A stretch of 63,688 nt of DNA, from NCBI GenBank assembly GCA_036505535.1, contig DASXTI010000097.1, positions 1 to 63,688 of the forward strand, given 5' to 3'. The notes beneath the pieces are model-generated. The model was not told where the DNA came from. It did no database searches and was given only the letters and a program-made list of their open reading frames with translations. The stretch is from Thermoanaerobaculia bacterium. GTDB lineage: Bacteria > Acidobacteriota > Thermoanaerobaculia > UBA5066 > Gp7-AA6. This document shows, one piece after another, positions 54,742 through 63,688 of this stretch; position 1 is the stretch's first letter; each line of letters starts with the position of its first letter. The translations under genes were made by a program, and so were the position numbers.

Positions 54742-56619
54742 ATGAAGAAAGACTTTCGAAAGACGATCGCCGAGGAGGTCCTGCTGGCCGATGGCGCCAT
54801 CGGGACCCTGCTGACTTCGCGCGGCGCCTCGCCGGAGCAGGCGCGGTCGCCGCTGAACCTCTCCGATCCGGAATCCGTCAGGGAAGTCCACGACGACTAC
54901 CTCGAGGCGGGAGCGCGGATCTTGACGACCAACACCTGGGACGCCAACCGCGTCAAGCTCACCATCCACGAGTGGGCCGACTCGCTCGAGAAGATCAATC
55001 GGGAAGGGGTGCGCCTGGCGAAGGAGGCGGCGGCCGGCGAGATCGTCTATGTCGCCGGATCGATCGGGCCGCTCGGCGCGCTCGTGCGCCCGTACGGATC
55101 GCTTCATCTTTCTCAGGTGCGCGAGATCTTCGAAGAGCAGGCTCGCGCTCTTTTGGAGTCGGGAGTCGATCTGATTCTTCTCGAAACCTTCGGTAGCCTT
55201 CTCGAAGCGGCCGAGGCGGTCCGGGCCGTGCGTGGTTTGTCTTCCGAGGTCCCGATCGTCGCCGAGATGACCTTTCTCGCCGACGGACGCACCGCTTTCG
55301 GAGAAGCGGTGTCGCACGCGCTCTCGACTCTGGCTCTGGCGGGAGCGGATGCCGTCGGCATGAACTGCACGCTGGGACCGCAGGAGACCCACGACCTCTT
55401 CACCCGGCTTCCCGCGACGATCTCGGCACCGCTGTCCGTCATGCCCAACGCCGGCTATCCGAGCCTCGTGCACGGCCGCAACGTCTATCTGTCCTCGCCC
55501 GACTACCTGCGGGGGTACGCCGCCGCATTCGTCGAGGCCGGCGCCGCGATCGTGGGCGGCTGCTGCGGCACCACGCCCGAGCACATTCGCGCCATGGCGC
55601 GCGAGGTCGCCGGCAAGAAGAGGGCCCGCGTCTCCCGTCCCGTGTCGGTCGTCGTCGAAGCCGAGGTCGAGCACGTCGGAGAGACCCCGATCGAGACCTC
55701 GCGTTTGAAGCGCAAGCTCTCCGGCGCGGACGAGCTCGTGATCACGAGCGAAGTCGAGCCTCCCAAGGGAGCCGACTCCTCCGCCGCCATCGAGGGGGCG
55801 CGGCTGCTCAAGTCCTGTGGCGTCGACGCGATCAACGTGACGGATAACCCGATGGCCCGTCTGCGGATGTCCTCGATAGCCGTCGCAGCACTGATCCAGC
55901 GGGAAGTGGGCCTGGATGCCGTCGTGCAAATCACCACTCGGGACCGCAACGTGCTCGGCCTTCAGTCCGACTTGCTCGGCGCCGCCGGCCTCGGCGTCAA
56001 GGCGATCCTTTGCCTCGGCGGGGATCCGCTGAAGATCGGCGACTATCCTCAGGCCAAACAGGTCTCCGAGGTCGACGTCCTCGGTTTGCTGCGGATGGCC
56101 AAAGGGCTCAATGCCGGAGCGGACCTCGCGGGCAACGCGATCGGAGCGCCAACACGCTTCGCCATCGCGTGTGCGGCCAATCCGGCGGCGGCGGATCAGG
56201 AGGTCGAGCTCTCCAAGCTCCGCGCCAAGATCGAGGCCGGCGCGAGCTTCGCGCAGACGCAGCCCGTCTACGATCTGGAGGCCCTCGCGCGGTTTCTCGA
56301 GCGCCCCGAAACGCGAGCGATCCCGATCCTCGTCGGGCTGATTCCGCTCCTTTCGCTCAAGCAGACCCTCTTCTTCGCCAACGAAGTCCCGGGCGTCGTC
56401 GTGCCGCCCGCCATTCAGGAGCGCATGCGCCGCGCGGCCGAGCGCGGGCCCGATCACGAGAAGGCCGAAGGTCTCGCGATCGCGCGGGAGCTCGCGGTGG
56501 GGATCGCGAAGGTCGCGCGCGGCATCCACATCATGCCGATGGGCCGGTACAAGACGGCCGGCGCAATCCTCGAGGCCGTCCCCCGGCAGCCCGCGCCGGG
56601 GAGACGCGCGCCGGCGTAG
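54742..56619 (+). CDS. bifunctional homocysteine S-methyltransferase / 5,10-methylenetetrahydrofolate reductase (YitJ-like)
   Basis: Start ATG 54742 (MKKDFRKTIAEEVLLADGAIGT). N-terminal Hcy-binding domain with GGCCGTTPEHI. C-terminal MTHFR-like domain (EVEPPKG ... TDNPMA ... QTQPVYD). Confidence 0.85.
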   Translation: MKKDFRKTIAEEVLLADGAIGTLLTSRGASPEQARSPLNLSDPESVREVHDDYLEAGARILTTNTWDANRVKLTIHEWADSLEKINREGVRLAKEAAAGEIVYVAGSIGPLGALVRPYGSLHLSQVREIFEEQARALLESGVDLILLETFGSLLEAAEAVRAVRGLSSEVPIVAEMTFLADGRTAFGEAVSHALSTLALAGADAVGMNCTLGPQETHDLFTRLPATISAPLSVMPNAGYPSLVHGRNVYLSSPDYLRGYAAAFVEAGAAIVGGCCGTTPEHIRAMAREVAGKKRARVSRPVSVVVEAEVEHVGETPIETSRLKRKLSGADELVITSEVEPPKGADSSAAIEGARLLKSCGVDAINVTDNPMARLRMSSIAVAALIQREVGLDAVVQITTRDRNVLGLQSDLLGAAGLGVKAILCLGGDPLKIGDYPQAKQVSEVDVLGLLRMAKGLNAGADLAGNAIGAPTRFAIACAANPAAADQEVELSKLRAKIEAGASFAQTQPVYDLEALARFLERPETRAIPILVGLIPLLSLKQTLFFANEVPGVVVPPAIQERMRRAAERGPDHEKAEGLAIARELAVGIAKVARGIHIMPMGRYKTAGAILEAVPRQPAPGRRAPA

Positions 56620-56732
56620 AACGCCGCCCAGAAGAATTTCTACGAGCGGCGGGCCGTTACCCGGTGCGGCCCGAAGTCCAATAGAATCCGGACCAAGGGG
56701 GCGGTGACGGACCAATCGCCCCCGGAGGCGAT

Positions 56733-57683
56733 ATGAAGAAGACGATCGGGATGGCCGCGGCGCTGATCGCGCTGCTGGTGGCCGGGTGGCTTTCCGCAGG
56801 CGCGCAGTGTCGCCTGTTGGGAACGGTGACCGACTCCAGCGGAAATGGGATCGAGGGAGTGTCGATTCTGGTTACGACGCCGAACCTGACGACCTTCAAG
56901 TTGACGGTCAAAACGGACAAGAAGGGACAGTACGGCACCATCTTGAACGACTGCACGATGCCCTACCACTTGAGATTCGAGAAAGAGGGCTACTCCGCGG
57001 CGGACGCCGACAAGAAGATCCCAATCAACGATCAGGGAGTCGTCGACATGAAGCTGTCGAAGACTTCCGAGAGTCCGGCAAAGGCCGGCCCCGCCGCCGC
57101 GCCAGCGGCGCCGTCGAGCAGCGAGCAGGCCGTCGCCGCATTCAACGCGGGTGTCCAGGCTCTCAACGCAGGCGACAAGCCGGGCGCCGAGGCCAAGTTC
57201 ATGCAGGCGGTCGATAAGAACCCCGACCTTCCCGCCGGCTGGCAGGCGCTGACGCAGATCGCTTACGAAAAGAAGGACTGGGGGAAGGTCATCGAGTACG
57301 GCCAGAAAGCCACGGATCTGGATCCCTCGCTGTCGAATCTCTACACGATGATGGCCGAGGCCTCCCGGCAGATGGGGGATAAGAAGGGAGCCGCCGAATG
57401 GACGGCGAAGTACGCGGAAGCGAACCCCGAGTCTCCCGAGATCCTCTACAACAAGGGGATCGACGCCTACAACAAAGGCAAGATGAAGGACGCCGAAGCG
57501 GCTCTATCCAAGGTCGTCGAGGTCAAGCCCGACTTCGCGAACGCTCACTTCTGGCTCGGCATGGCGGCTTTCAACCAGAACAAGAAGGGGGCCGCCCGGG
57601 AGCACCTGCAGAAGTATCTAGAGCTCGATCCGAACGGCAAAGAGGCAGGGACGGCCAAGGAGATCCTCCCGCTTCTGAAGTAG
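56733..57683 (+). CDS. secreted carboxypeptidase-regulatory-like domain + TPR-repeat protein
   Basis: Signal peptide. GTVTDSSGNGIEGVSILV Ig-like domain followed by TPR-like repeats (A-x3-F-x2-A pattern). Confidence 0.7.
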   Translation: MKKTIGMAAALIALLVAGWLSAGAQCRLLGTVTDSSGNGIEGVSILVTTPNLTTFKLTVKTDKKGQYGTILNDCTMPYHLRFEKEGYSAADADKKIPINDQGVVDMKLSKTSESPAKAGPAAAPAAPSSSEQAVAAFNAGVQALNAGDKPGAEAKFMQAVDKNPDLPAGWQALTQIAYEKKDWGKVIEYGQKATDLDPSLSNLYTMMAEASRQMGDKKGAAEWTAKYAEANPESPEILYNKGIDAYNKGKMKDAEAALSKVVEVKPDFANAHFWLGMAAFNQNKKGAAREHLQKYLELDPNGKEAGTAKEILPLLK

Positions 57684-57736
57684 GCTGACAGTCGAGGTCT
57701 TACGTCAGGCGCCGCCCGGCGTGACCGAACCGCCGC

Positions 57737-57967
57737 CTAGCGGCGAGGGTGGGCCTGGTGGCCGGCTTCGAGGCGGCGAATCATCCGGAACGCCCACTGC
57801 AGGAAAGCATCGAAGACGTCCGGCTTCCTCGGACCCTCGCTCCTCGAGGCCGAGTACGGCTCCCGAAGAGCGACCGCTCGCACGGCGACCGTCGGTCGGT
57901 TCTCGACGAACTCGAGATCGTAGGGGATTTGCATGTCGTTGGCTTTCAGGAGCAATTCTCGAGCCAT
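57737..57967 (-). CDS. hypothetical small protein divergent from the WYL regulator
   Basis: 76 codons from ATG 57967 (MARELLLKANDMQIPYDLEFVENRP...). No family recognised, so coding status is uncertain. Confidence 0.3.
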   Translation of the reverse strand: MARELLLKANDMQIPYDLEFVENRPTVAVRAVALREPYSASRSEGPRKPDVFDAFLQWAFRMIRRLEAGHQAHPRR

Positions 57968-58084
57968 CGCGGCGGCCGCGGAAGCCTTTGATCGCAATCG
58001 GCTTGCGGCTTGTGATCGGACTCACTATGACAGCGTGGGACCTTGCGGCCGCCACGGAAGGACACTTTCTGACGCGCTTCCGCG

Positions 58085-59188
58085 TTGCGCCTGAGGCACT
58101 CGCGGAAAGAGAATGCGGCCGTGGGTCGCCGGGGAGCCTTCAAGGATCGACCTCTTTGGCGGCGCCTCCAAACCATTCATCACGAGATCAAGGAAGGGCG
58201 CCATCCCAACACCAGTTCGCTCGCGGCCTCGCTCGGCGTGTCTTCGAAGACCGTTCAGCGCGACATCGACTACCTGCGTGACGAGCTCGGTGCGCCGATC
58301 GAATTCCACCGGGAAGAAAACGGCTATGCCTACGCGCGCGACGACTACGTCCTCCCGTTTCTTCCGGTCGACGGCCAGGATCTCTTCTCGATCGGGGTCG
58401 CGGCTCAGGTGCTGGCGCTGCTCGGCGGGACGCCGCTGGCGCGAAGTCTTCGATCCTGCTACGAGAGACTCGCTCGTCTGATGCCTCCGGCCGTGCGCCT
58501 GCGCCCGGAAATCGTGCGCGAAAAGCTCACGCTGCGGGCGGCGGCATTTCGGCCGGTGCGCGAGGAGATCTGGCAGGCGGTCTCCGAGTCGCTGCAGAAG
58601 GGGATCGCCCTTTCGATCTGCTACCGGCGCCCGGGCGAAGGGCCGGGAGATCCGCGGACTATTCGCCCGTACGCCTTCGTTCTGGCCGGCCGGGATTGGA
58701 TGGTGCTCGCCGAAGATCAGACGCAGGGGCAGATCAAGAATTTCTACCTCGCCCGCATCCAGAGCGCCCGCTCGACGAAAGAGCGCTATGCGATCCCCAG
58801 GGACTTCGATGCCGAATCCTTCTTCCGCAATACTTTCGGGCTCTTCGTCGGTAAAGGCCGGGCATTTCGCTTTCGAGTGCGGTTTTCTCCGGAGATCTCC
58901 GACGAGGTCCGGGAAATGGTCTGGCACCCGCGGCAGAAGATCGAGACCGGCCCCAACGGCGAGGCAATCCTGGAGCTGCCGGCCGAGTCGCTGCGGGAGG
59001 CCCGCCGATTCATCCTCGCGTATGGACGCCACGCGACGGCGTTGTCTCCGCCTGAGCTCGTCGCCGATCTGCGCGACGAGATTGCCGAGCTCACGCGCCA
59101 ATATGGCCCGCGCAAAACCCGGGCTGGCGAAAGACCCAAGGCCTCCGGAGGCAAGAGGAACAAGTCCGCCGCCCCTTTGCGTTCCTGA
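58085..59188 (+). CDS. HTH + WYL-domain transcriptional regulator
   Basis: HTH segment SSLAASLGVSSKTVQRDIDYLRDELGAPIEF. Central WYL-like segment and C-terminal WCX-like region. Start is TTG 58085 or GTG 58121. Confidence 0.75.
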   Translation: MRLRHSRKENAAVGRRGAFKDRPLWRRLQTIHHEIKEGRHPNTSSLAASLGVSSKTVQRDIDYLRDELGAPIEFHREENGYAYARDDYVLPFLPVDGQDLFSIGVAAQVLALLGGTPLARSLRSCYERLARLMPPAVRLRPEIVREKLTLRAAAFRPVREEIWQAVSESLQKGIALSICYRRPGEGPGDPRTIRPYAFVLAGRDWMVLAEDQTQGQIKNFYLARIQSARSTKERYAIPRDFDAESFFRNTFGLFVGKGRAFRFRVRFSPEISDEVREMVWHPRQKIETGPNGEAILELPAESLREARRFILAYGRHATALSPPELVADLRDEIAELTRQYGPRKTRAGERPKASGGKRNKSAAPLRS

Positions 59189-59195
59189 GTCTGCG

Positions 59196-59768
59196 GTGTC
59201 TCGATTTGCGATCGTCACGGTTCTCCTCCTCATCGGCGCGGCAAGCTGCGGTCCGCCCAGCGTGCGTCCGGTCTCCTATGCCGATCCGGAGATTCCCTGT
59301 CCCGGCGGCCATCTCGTCTGGGATCTCTCGATCGTCGATCAACGTGCTTCCCGGGAAGGAGGAGACAAGACGATCTCCGCCGTGCGCGATGGCATCCAGA
59401 AATCCTTTCCCGGATGCCGGTGGGCGGCGCCCGGAGAGTCCGGCACCCCGACGATCGCGATCGAGATCCACCGCTTCGCTTCGATCTTCGATGGCGGATC
59501 CTGGGAGGCCGCCGTAGAGTGGACCGTATCCGCCCGGGATGCCGGAGGAAGAAGGGTCACCGAGTTCGAGGCGAACGAAGAAGTTTCCAGACCGAACTAT
59601 CGGGGCACAGACAACGAGAAGGAGTCCTTGAGTGAAGCGTTTCGGCGCGCGCTGGAACGAACGGTCAAGGGACTCGCCGGAATGTCGAGGTTCGGCGCCC
59701 TTCGTCCTCGCGAGGGGACGCCAGGCGGCGAGGCAACTCTGCCGTTCTTCGAGGCCCACCCTATCTAA
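59196..59768 (+). CDS. lipoprotein of unknown function
   Basis: GTG 59196, 7 nt after the WYL gene stop. Lipobox LLIGAASC. Confidence 0.5.
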   Translation: MSRFAIVTVLLLIGAASCGPPSVRPVSYADPEIPCPGGHLVWDLSIVDQRASREGGDKTISAVRDGIQKSFPGCRWAAPGESGTPTIAIEIHRFASIFDGGSWEAAVEWTVSARDAGGRRVTEFEANEEVSRPNYRGTDNEKESLSEAFRRALERTVKGLAGMSRFGALRPREGTPGGEATLPFFEAHPI

Positions 59769-59863
59769 GCTAGTGAGAAGGCATAGCTTATCTCCCGCAA
59801 GGCTTCCTTTGCCCTGCCCCGGGAGATGGAACGGATCTCGCAGTAAGAGGAATCGGAGGATTT

Positions 59864-60424
59864 ATGAAAAGGCTCTTGTTGGCCGTCACCATCGCGGGAT
59901 TGACCTTAACCCCGGCGCTCTTCGCCGCATCCCCGGACAAGGTCTACGACATTGCCGCGGTTCTCTCGGGAACCTTCGAGGGCTCCACGCCGGGTAATCA
60001 CCTCACCCTCGATTTGCGCCCGGTCTCGATTGACCCTGCGCATCCTCACGACCTTTTCCTTCAGGTGACCGGAAAGTTCGAGAACGACAACATCCGACAG
60101 CAGGGGGTCGTTCGGCTCGAGCAACAGGGCCAGGACATCTACTTCACCTACATCCCGCACTTCAATCCGGCGGTCACCGCCCTTTCCAACGATGCCGGAA
60201 GATTCACGGAGAGCGAGCTTTCCTCGGCCTGCAGTTTCGTGCTGAAGCCGAGAGGGGATGGATTCTTCGGAGACACGCTCGGCTCGGCGACCTGCGCGAG
60301 GGCGATGCGCGGGGCGATCGGAAAGTGGACCGTGGAGCTCGAGCCCGGAAACTTGCGCGTCCGCAACACGGACAGCGGAGAGACGCTCCGTTTCCGGCAG
60401 GTCGGGAAGGCAGAGAAGAAGTAG
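59864..60424 (+). CDS. secreted protein, possibly CpcT/CpeT-like lipocalin fold
   Basis: Signal peptide MKRLLLAVTIAGLTLTPALFA. The family guess comes from overall pattern only (LSGTFEG ... IYFTYIPH ... C..V...G.GF.G......C). Confidence 0.45.
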   Translation: MKRLLLAVTIAGLTLTPALFAASPDKVYDIAAVLSGTFEGSTPGNHLTLDLRPVSIDPAHPHDLFLQVTGKFENDNIRQQGVVRLEQQGQDIYFTYIPHFNPAVTALSNDAGRFTESELSSACSFVLKPRGDGFFGDTLGSATCARAMRGAIGKWTVELEPGNLRVRNTDSGETLRFRQVGKAEKK

Positions 60425-60495
60425 AGGCGATTCGGCCAGCGGGAGGAACAGGAGGTAGGTAATTTTTCGCTAGCGGGAGGAGACAAGCCCCTCCC

Positions 60496-61272
60496 CTACT
60501 CCCCCTCCGGCGGCAAAAACTTTTTCGCCACGGCCTTTACCGGCTCGGAGAAGTCCCCCTTGAGAATCCAACGGAGGAAGCCCGGCTCGTCCCGGCTCAT
60601 CTCTCGTAGCGTCCGTCCTCGATTCTTTCCGAAGTTGACGGTCGGCTCGCCGTTGACGAGACGGATTCGTCCTTCGGGGTCGAGATCCTGGTCGATCCCC
60701 GCGCAGAAGAGATCGTGCAGATCGGAAACCGAGCGCGGCAGCTCGGCGTAGCGCTGAAGCTGCCCCACCAGGACGCGCAGGGTCATCTCCGCATCCGCGA
60801 GGGCGCCGTGCGCTCCGTCATGCTCGCTCTGGCAGTAGAACCGGGCGGCCGCGGACAGATGTCGCGGCTCTCGGGAGAAGAAGATGCGCTGGGCGTCGAC
60901 GAGCCTCCGCTCGGACACCTCGAACGGTATGCCGGCCCGCAGGAACTCGACCCGCAGAACCGGCAAGTCGAAGCCGGCGATGTTGTAGCCGGCGAGGTCG
61001 CAACCGGCGAGAAACGCCGCGAGCTCCGCGGCGACGTCGCGAAAGCACGGCTCGCCGGTCACATCGGCGTCGGAGATCCCATGAATCGCAGTCGAAGCCG
61101 GCGGGATCGGGATGCCGGGATTCATCCGCCGCACCCACTGCTCCCGGCGCCCGTCCGGATGAATCTTCAGACAGGCGATCTCGATGATCCGGTCGGCCCG
61201 GGGATTCGTTCCCGTCGTTTCGGTGTCGAAAACGACGAGGGGACGATCGAGAAGCAGGAGCTGTTCCAACAC
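60496..61272 (-). CDS. DEDDh 3'-5' exonuclease (DnaQ-like) with DUF3820-like C-terminal domain
   Basis: Exo motifs VVFDTETTG, GYNIAGFDLPVL and HGALADAEMT. C-terminal FGKNRGRTLREMSRDEPGFLRWIL. Confidence 0.8.
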   Translation of the reverse strand: MLEQLLLLDRPLVVFDTETTGTNPRADRIIEIACLKIHPDGRREQWVRRMNPGIPIPPASTAIHGISDADVTGEPCFRDVAAELAAFLAGCDLAGYNIAGFDLPVLRVEFLRAGIPFEVSERRLVDAQRIFFSREPRHLSAAARFYCQSEHDGAHGALADAEMTLRVLVGQLQRYAELPRSVSDLHDLFCAGIDQDLDPEGRIRLVNGEPTVNFGKNRGRTLREMSRDEPGFLRWILKGDFSEPVKAVAKKFLPPEGE

Positions 61273-61294
61273 TGAGAGAAAATCCTACTCTGAA

Positions 61295-61401
61295 GAATCG
61301 GTGATTTGTGACTGGTGATTCGTGATTTGTGATCGAGGCAACCCGATCACTCTTCAGTTGTGATCACAAATCACAAATCTCCAATCCCAATTATCTTCAA
61401 T
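61295..61401. repeat. heptamer-array hairpin H21 (GATTTGT/GATTCGT / ATCACAA units)
   Basis: Left arm 61295-61335 gaatcggtgatttgtgactggtgattcgtgatttgtgatcg. Right arm 61344-61401 contains the cls stop. Confidence 0.9.
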
Positions 61402-62740
61402 AGTTCTCCGAAAAGATCCAGAAGAACAATTCGCCCATCCGCGAAAAGAAACCCCGTTTCTTCCAGCCTTCCTTCGTCAGGACGTCGCACCCGGCCAGGT
61501 CGGCAAGCACCATCCGTTCCACGCGAGCGGCGAAGTCCCGGTCGTAAACCGCGATGTTGACTTCCGCGTTCCTCTTCATCGAGCGATTGACGAAATTGAT
61601 CGATCCGACGGTCGACCAGATGCCATCGACCACCATGACCTTGTTGTGCATCATGGTTGGCCGGTATTCGTAGATCGCCACTCCCGAGTCCAGAAGATCT
61701 CCGTAGTGGAATCGCGACGCCAGCCGCACGTTGGGGGCATCGGTATGAGCGCCCGGGACGATGATCTTCACGTCCACGCCGCGGTGGGCCGCGGCGATGA
61801 GCCCCTCGCGGATCTGCCGGTCCGGCACGAAGTACGCGTTTTCGATCCAAATGCTTCGGCGCGCCGCCTGGATCGCCATGTAGAGCAGGAGCTTCGACAT
61901 GGAGATCGCGTCGGCGCGCGAGGCCGCGATTGCCTGAGACAGCATGGATCCCGCTCCCCCGATGGGCGGAAACTGACGGTCGCCATTCAAGACCTCACCG
62001 GTCGTATGGACCCAGTCTTGCGCAAATATGTGCTGGAGCTGCGCGACGACCGGTCCTTCGACCTCGATCACCGTGTCCCGCCATTCCGACGGATTGCGCG
62101 CATTACCCTTCCACCGATCGTCGATTCCGACGCCGCCGCAGAAGCCGATGCGGCCGTCGACGGCCAAGATTCGGCGGTGCGTGCGATGGCCGACGCGATC
62201 GATCGAATAGATCTTGAGCGGCTTGTAGATCCGGACCCGGACGCCGGCCTCCTCGAGCTCCGCTTGTAAGGGGCCGAGATGCGATCCAAAGCCGTCGACG
62301 AGGAGCCGTACTTCGACGCCGGCTCTCGCGCGATCGGCGAGAGCTCGGGCAAACCGGGTCCCCATCTCGCCGCTGTTGAAGATGTAGAGCTCCAGATTGA
62401 TCGAGAGCTTCGCTCTCCCGATCGCCGATAACATCGCCGGGAAGATTCCCTCGCCGTTCTCGAGCAGTTCGGCGCGGTTGTCGGGAACCATCTCCGTCCC
62501 AAGCGCGTCCAGAGAGCGGAGAAACTCCGGACTGTCGACGCCATAGGTGGGATCGAACTGATAGACCGTACGCTTTTCCGAAAAAACATAGGAGCAGTTG
62601 GCGGCGGTCAGCATCGCCACAAGCACAGCGGCGACGAGCACCCCACGACCGCCAAAAGGGGGCGCGGGTTGAGCCGGCCGGCTGTTAGGCCGGGCCGATC
62701 TGGAAAATTGTCGTAACTGAACGATCCAGGGACTTGACAA
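61397..62740 (-). CDS. cls: cardiolipin synthase (phospholipase D superfamily)
   Basis: Two PLD/HKD-type motifs (HRRILAVDGRIGFCGGVGIDD and HNKVMVVDGIWSTVGSINF). N-terminal TM segment. Confidence 0.85.
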   Translation of the reverse strand: MSSPWIVQLRQFSRSARPNSRPAQPAPPFGGRGVLVAAVLVAMLTAANCSYVFSEKRTVYQFDPTYGVDSPEFLRSLDALGTEMVPDNRAELLENGEGIFPAMLSAIGRAKLSINLELYIFNSGEMGTRFARALADRARAGVEVRLLVDGFGSHLGPLQAELEEAGVRVRIYKPLKIYSIDRVGHRTHRRILAVDGRIGFCGGVGIDDRWKGNARNPSEWRDTVIEVEGPVVAQLQHIFAQDWVHTTGEVLNGDRQFPPIGGAGSMLSQAIAASRADAISMSKLLLYMAIQAARRSIWIENAYFVPDRQIREGLIAAAHRGVDVKIIVPGAHTDAPNVRLASRFHYGDLLDSGVAIYEYRPTMMHNKVMVVDGIWSTVGSINFVNRSMKRNAEVNIAVYDRDFAARVERMVLADLAGCDVLTKEGWKKRGFFSRMGELFFWIFSENY

Positions 62741-62872
62741 TTCTCGTCACCCCACAGGTCCGCCGGAATTGTAAGTTATTGTGATGCAATAGCTTTTTCG
62801 AGGTCGCCGGGCTGGCCGCTCGCTTGCTATTCCATCTCCCCGAGCAAAGGAACCTCTCAACCTCCTCCTTTC

Positions 62873-62912
62873 GCCCCCCGGGCGGCCCCACCCCGACCCG
62901 GGGCTTTTTTTT
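62873..62912 (+). terminator. intrinsic terminator of an unannotated plus-strand transcript
   Basis: ccccggg (62876-62882) pairs with cccgggg (62897-62903), with a 14-nt loop, followed by T8 (62905-62912). No plus-strand CDS lies upstream. Confidence 0.7.
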
Positions 62913-63103
62913 ATTCGGGCCGTTCCGAGCGCGCGCGAACCGCTTGTGGATATCGGCATGGTGCCGGTCGCAACTGTAAGGCACAAGACCTTCCCGGCCA
63001 GCTCCCCGTCTCGCGTCGAGCGAGTCGTCGATCTTCACCGCACGAGAAGAAGAAGTCGACCGCTCTCTCCGTGATCCCGGGATCGCGGTGGTAGTTTCCC
63101 CGC

Positions 63104-63688
63104 GTGCGTCTGCTCGCGGGAGACATCGGGGGAACCAAGACCGCGCTCGCGATCGTCGAGGCTCACGACCATCGGATTTCGGTCGTCCGAATGAAACGTT
63201 TTCCGAGCGGCGCATATGCGGGACTCTCCGAAATCGTCGAGGAGTTCCTGGCATCCGAAAAACTTCGGCTCGGCGCGGCAGCCTTCGGGGTGGCCGGTCC
63301 CGTGCGCGCCGGACGGGCCAAGGTCACCAAGCTACCCTGGCGGCTGGATGAGCGTCGCCTCGCGCGGGCGATCGGCATCCCCCGAGTGCGTCTCGTGAAC
63401 GACTTCGTCGCCGCCGCCCTCGGCCTGCGTTACGTTCGTCCCGGACATCTCGCCACGCTCTGCCGCGGACGCGCCGAAGTCGGAGCGCCGATCGGAATCC
63501 TCGGCGCGGGCACGGGTCTGGGTCAGGCCGTCGTACTCCGCCGCGGTAAGACCGACGAAATCGTCGCCTCCGAGGGGGGGCACGTGGACTTCGGCCCCCG
63601 CCGTCCCGTGGAAGATCGTCTGGTCCTGTTCCTGCGCGAACGGTTTGCCCGCGCGACGCGTGACCGAATTCTTTCGGGAAGCGGCCTG
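63104..63688 (+). CDS. glk: glucokinase (3'-truncated by window end)
   Basis: Not in the ORF track. GTG 63104 opens a frame that stays open to the window end: VRLLAGDIGGTKTALAIV ... NDFVAAALG ... LGAGTGLGQA ... SEGGHVDFGP. Confidence 0.8.
   Translation, partial: MRLLAGDIGGTKTALAIVEAHDHRISVVRMKRFPSGAYAGLSEIVEEFLASEKLRLGAAAFGVAGPVRAGRAKVTKLPWRLDERRLARAIGIPRVRLVNDFVAAALGLRYVRPGHLATLCRGRAEVGAPIGILGAGTGLGQAVVLRRGKTDEIVASEGGHVDFGPRRPVEDRLVLFLRERFARATRDRILSGSGL

Noticed and set aside
53989-56715. 908-aa minus-strand ORF, the longest in the track. Similar long ORFs are at 4439..6214, 8965..10542, 25088..26803, 33037..34827, 33438..35270 and 42026..43888.
   Set aside because: They are antisense to, or frame-shifted over, genes with clear family motifs (metF/HMT fusion, aldolase, OPT, VWA, bshA, ggt). 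They are Arg/Gly/Pro-rich, as expected for shadow ORFs in high-GC DNA. Only the last 133 codons of the 908-aa ORF (53989..54390) look like a real gene.
62965-63081. 38-codon plus-strand ORF (MVPVATVRHKTF...) between the orphan terminator and glk.
   Set aside because: It has no SD, is Arg/Ser-rich and low in complexity, and is not supported by any motif.

Overview
This is a GC-rich bacterial chromosomal segment. The gene content suggests an Acidobacteriota-like organism (acidobacterial-type VWFA protein, OPT transporter, bacillithiol genes), but that is inference only. I call about 63 protein genes, most of them housekeeping or metabolic. They include tdh-(unknown)-kbl, pgk-tpiA-secG-tRNA-Leu(GAG), ggt, mtnA, tsaD, lepA-lepB-lepB, purD, cls and a 3'-partial glk. 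A SAM methyltransferase is fused in an operon with bshC-bshB-bshA, and a SAM-I riboswitch sits in front of a homocysteine-methyltransferase/MTHFR fusion. Many long ORFs in the six-frame track are antisense or shadow ORFs typical of high-GC DNA, and several real genes start well inside the listed ORF.

The most unusual signal is non-coding. Arrays of tandem 7-nt units sit at 21 gene boundaries. Seventeen of them are arranged as G-rich arm / loop / C-rich arm hairpins. The units fall into a few families, with GATT-core units at 13 loci. A 35-nt block is identical at two distant loci. Some arms supply stop codons, and some abut start codons of genes that lack a Shine-Dalgarno sequence. I regard this as a candidate undescribed intergenic repeat system, analogous to but distinct from the cyanobacterial STRR heptamers.

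Other points:
- A second repeat family of GTAGGGGCGG...CCGCCCCTAC palindromes lies at gene 3' ends.
- A 71-codon glutaredoxin-like ORF, absent from the ORF track, has an in-frame TGA exactly at the redox Cys position and is a candidate selenoprotein.
- A cupredoxin gene, a sensor Ser/Thr kinase gene and a porin-like gene form a possible module.
- Two secreted proteins appear to be paralogues of an uncharacterised family.
- A WYL regulator is apparently co-transcribed with a lipoprotein gene.
- An orphan CU-rich transcript ends in a strong intrinsic terminator.

No CRISPR array, transposase, integrase or rRNA was seen.
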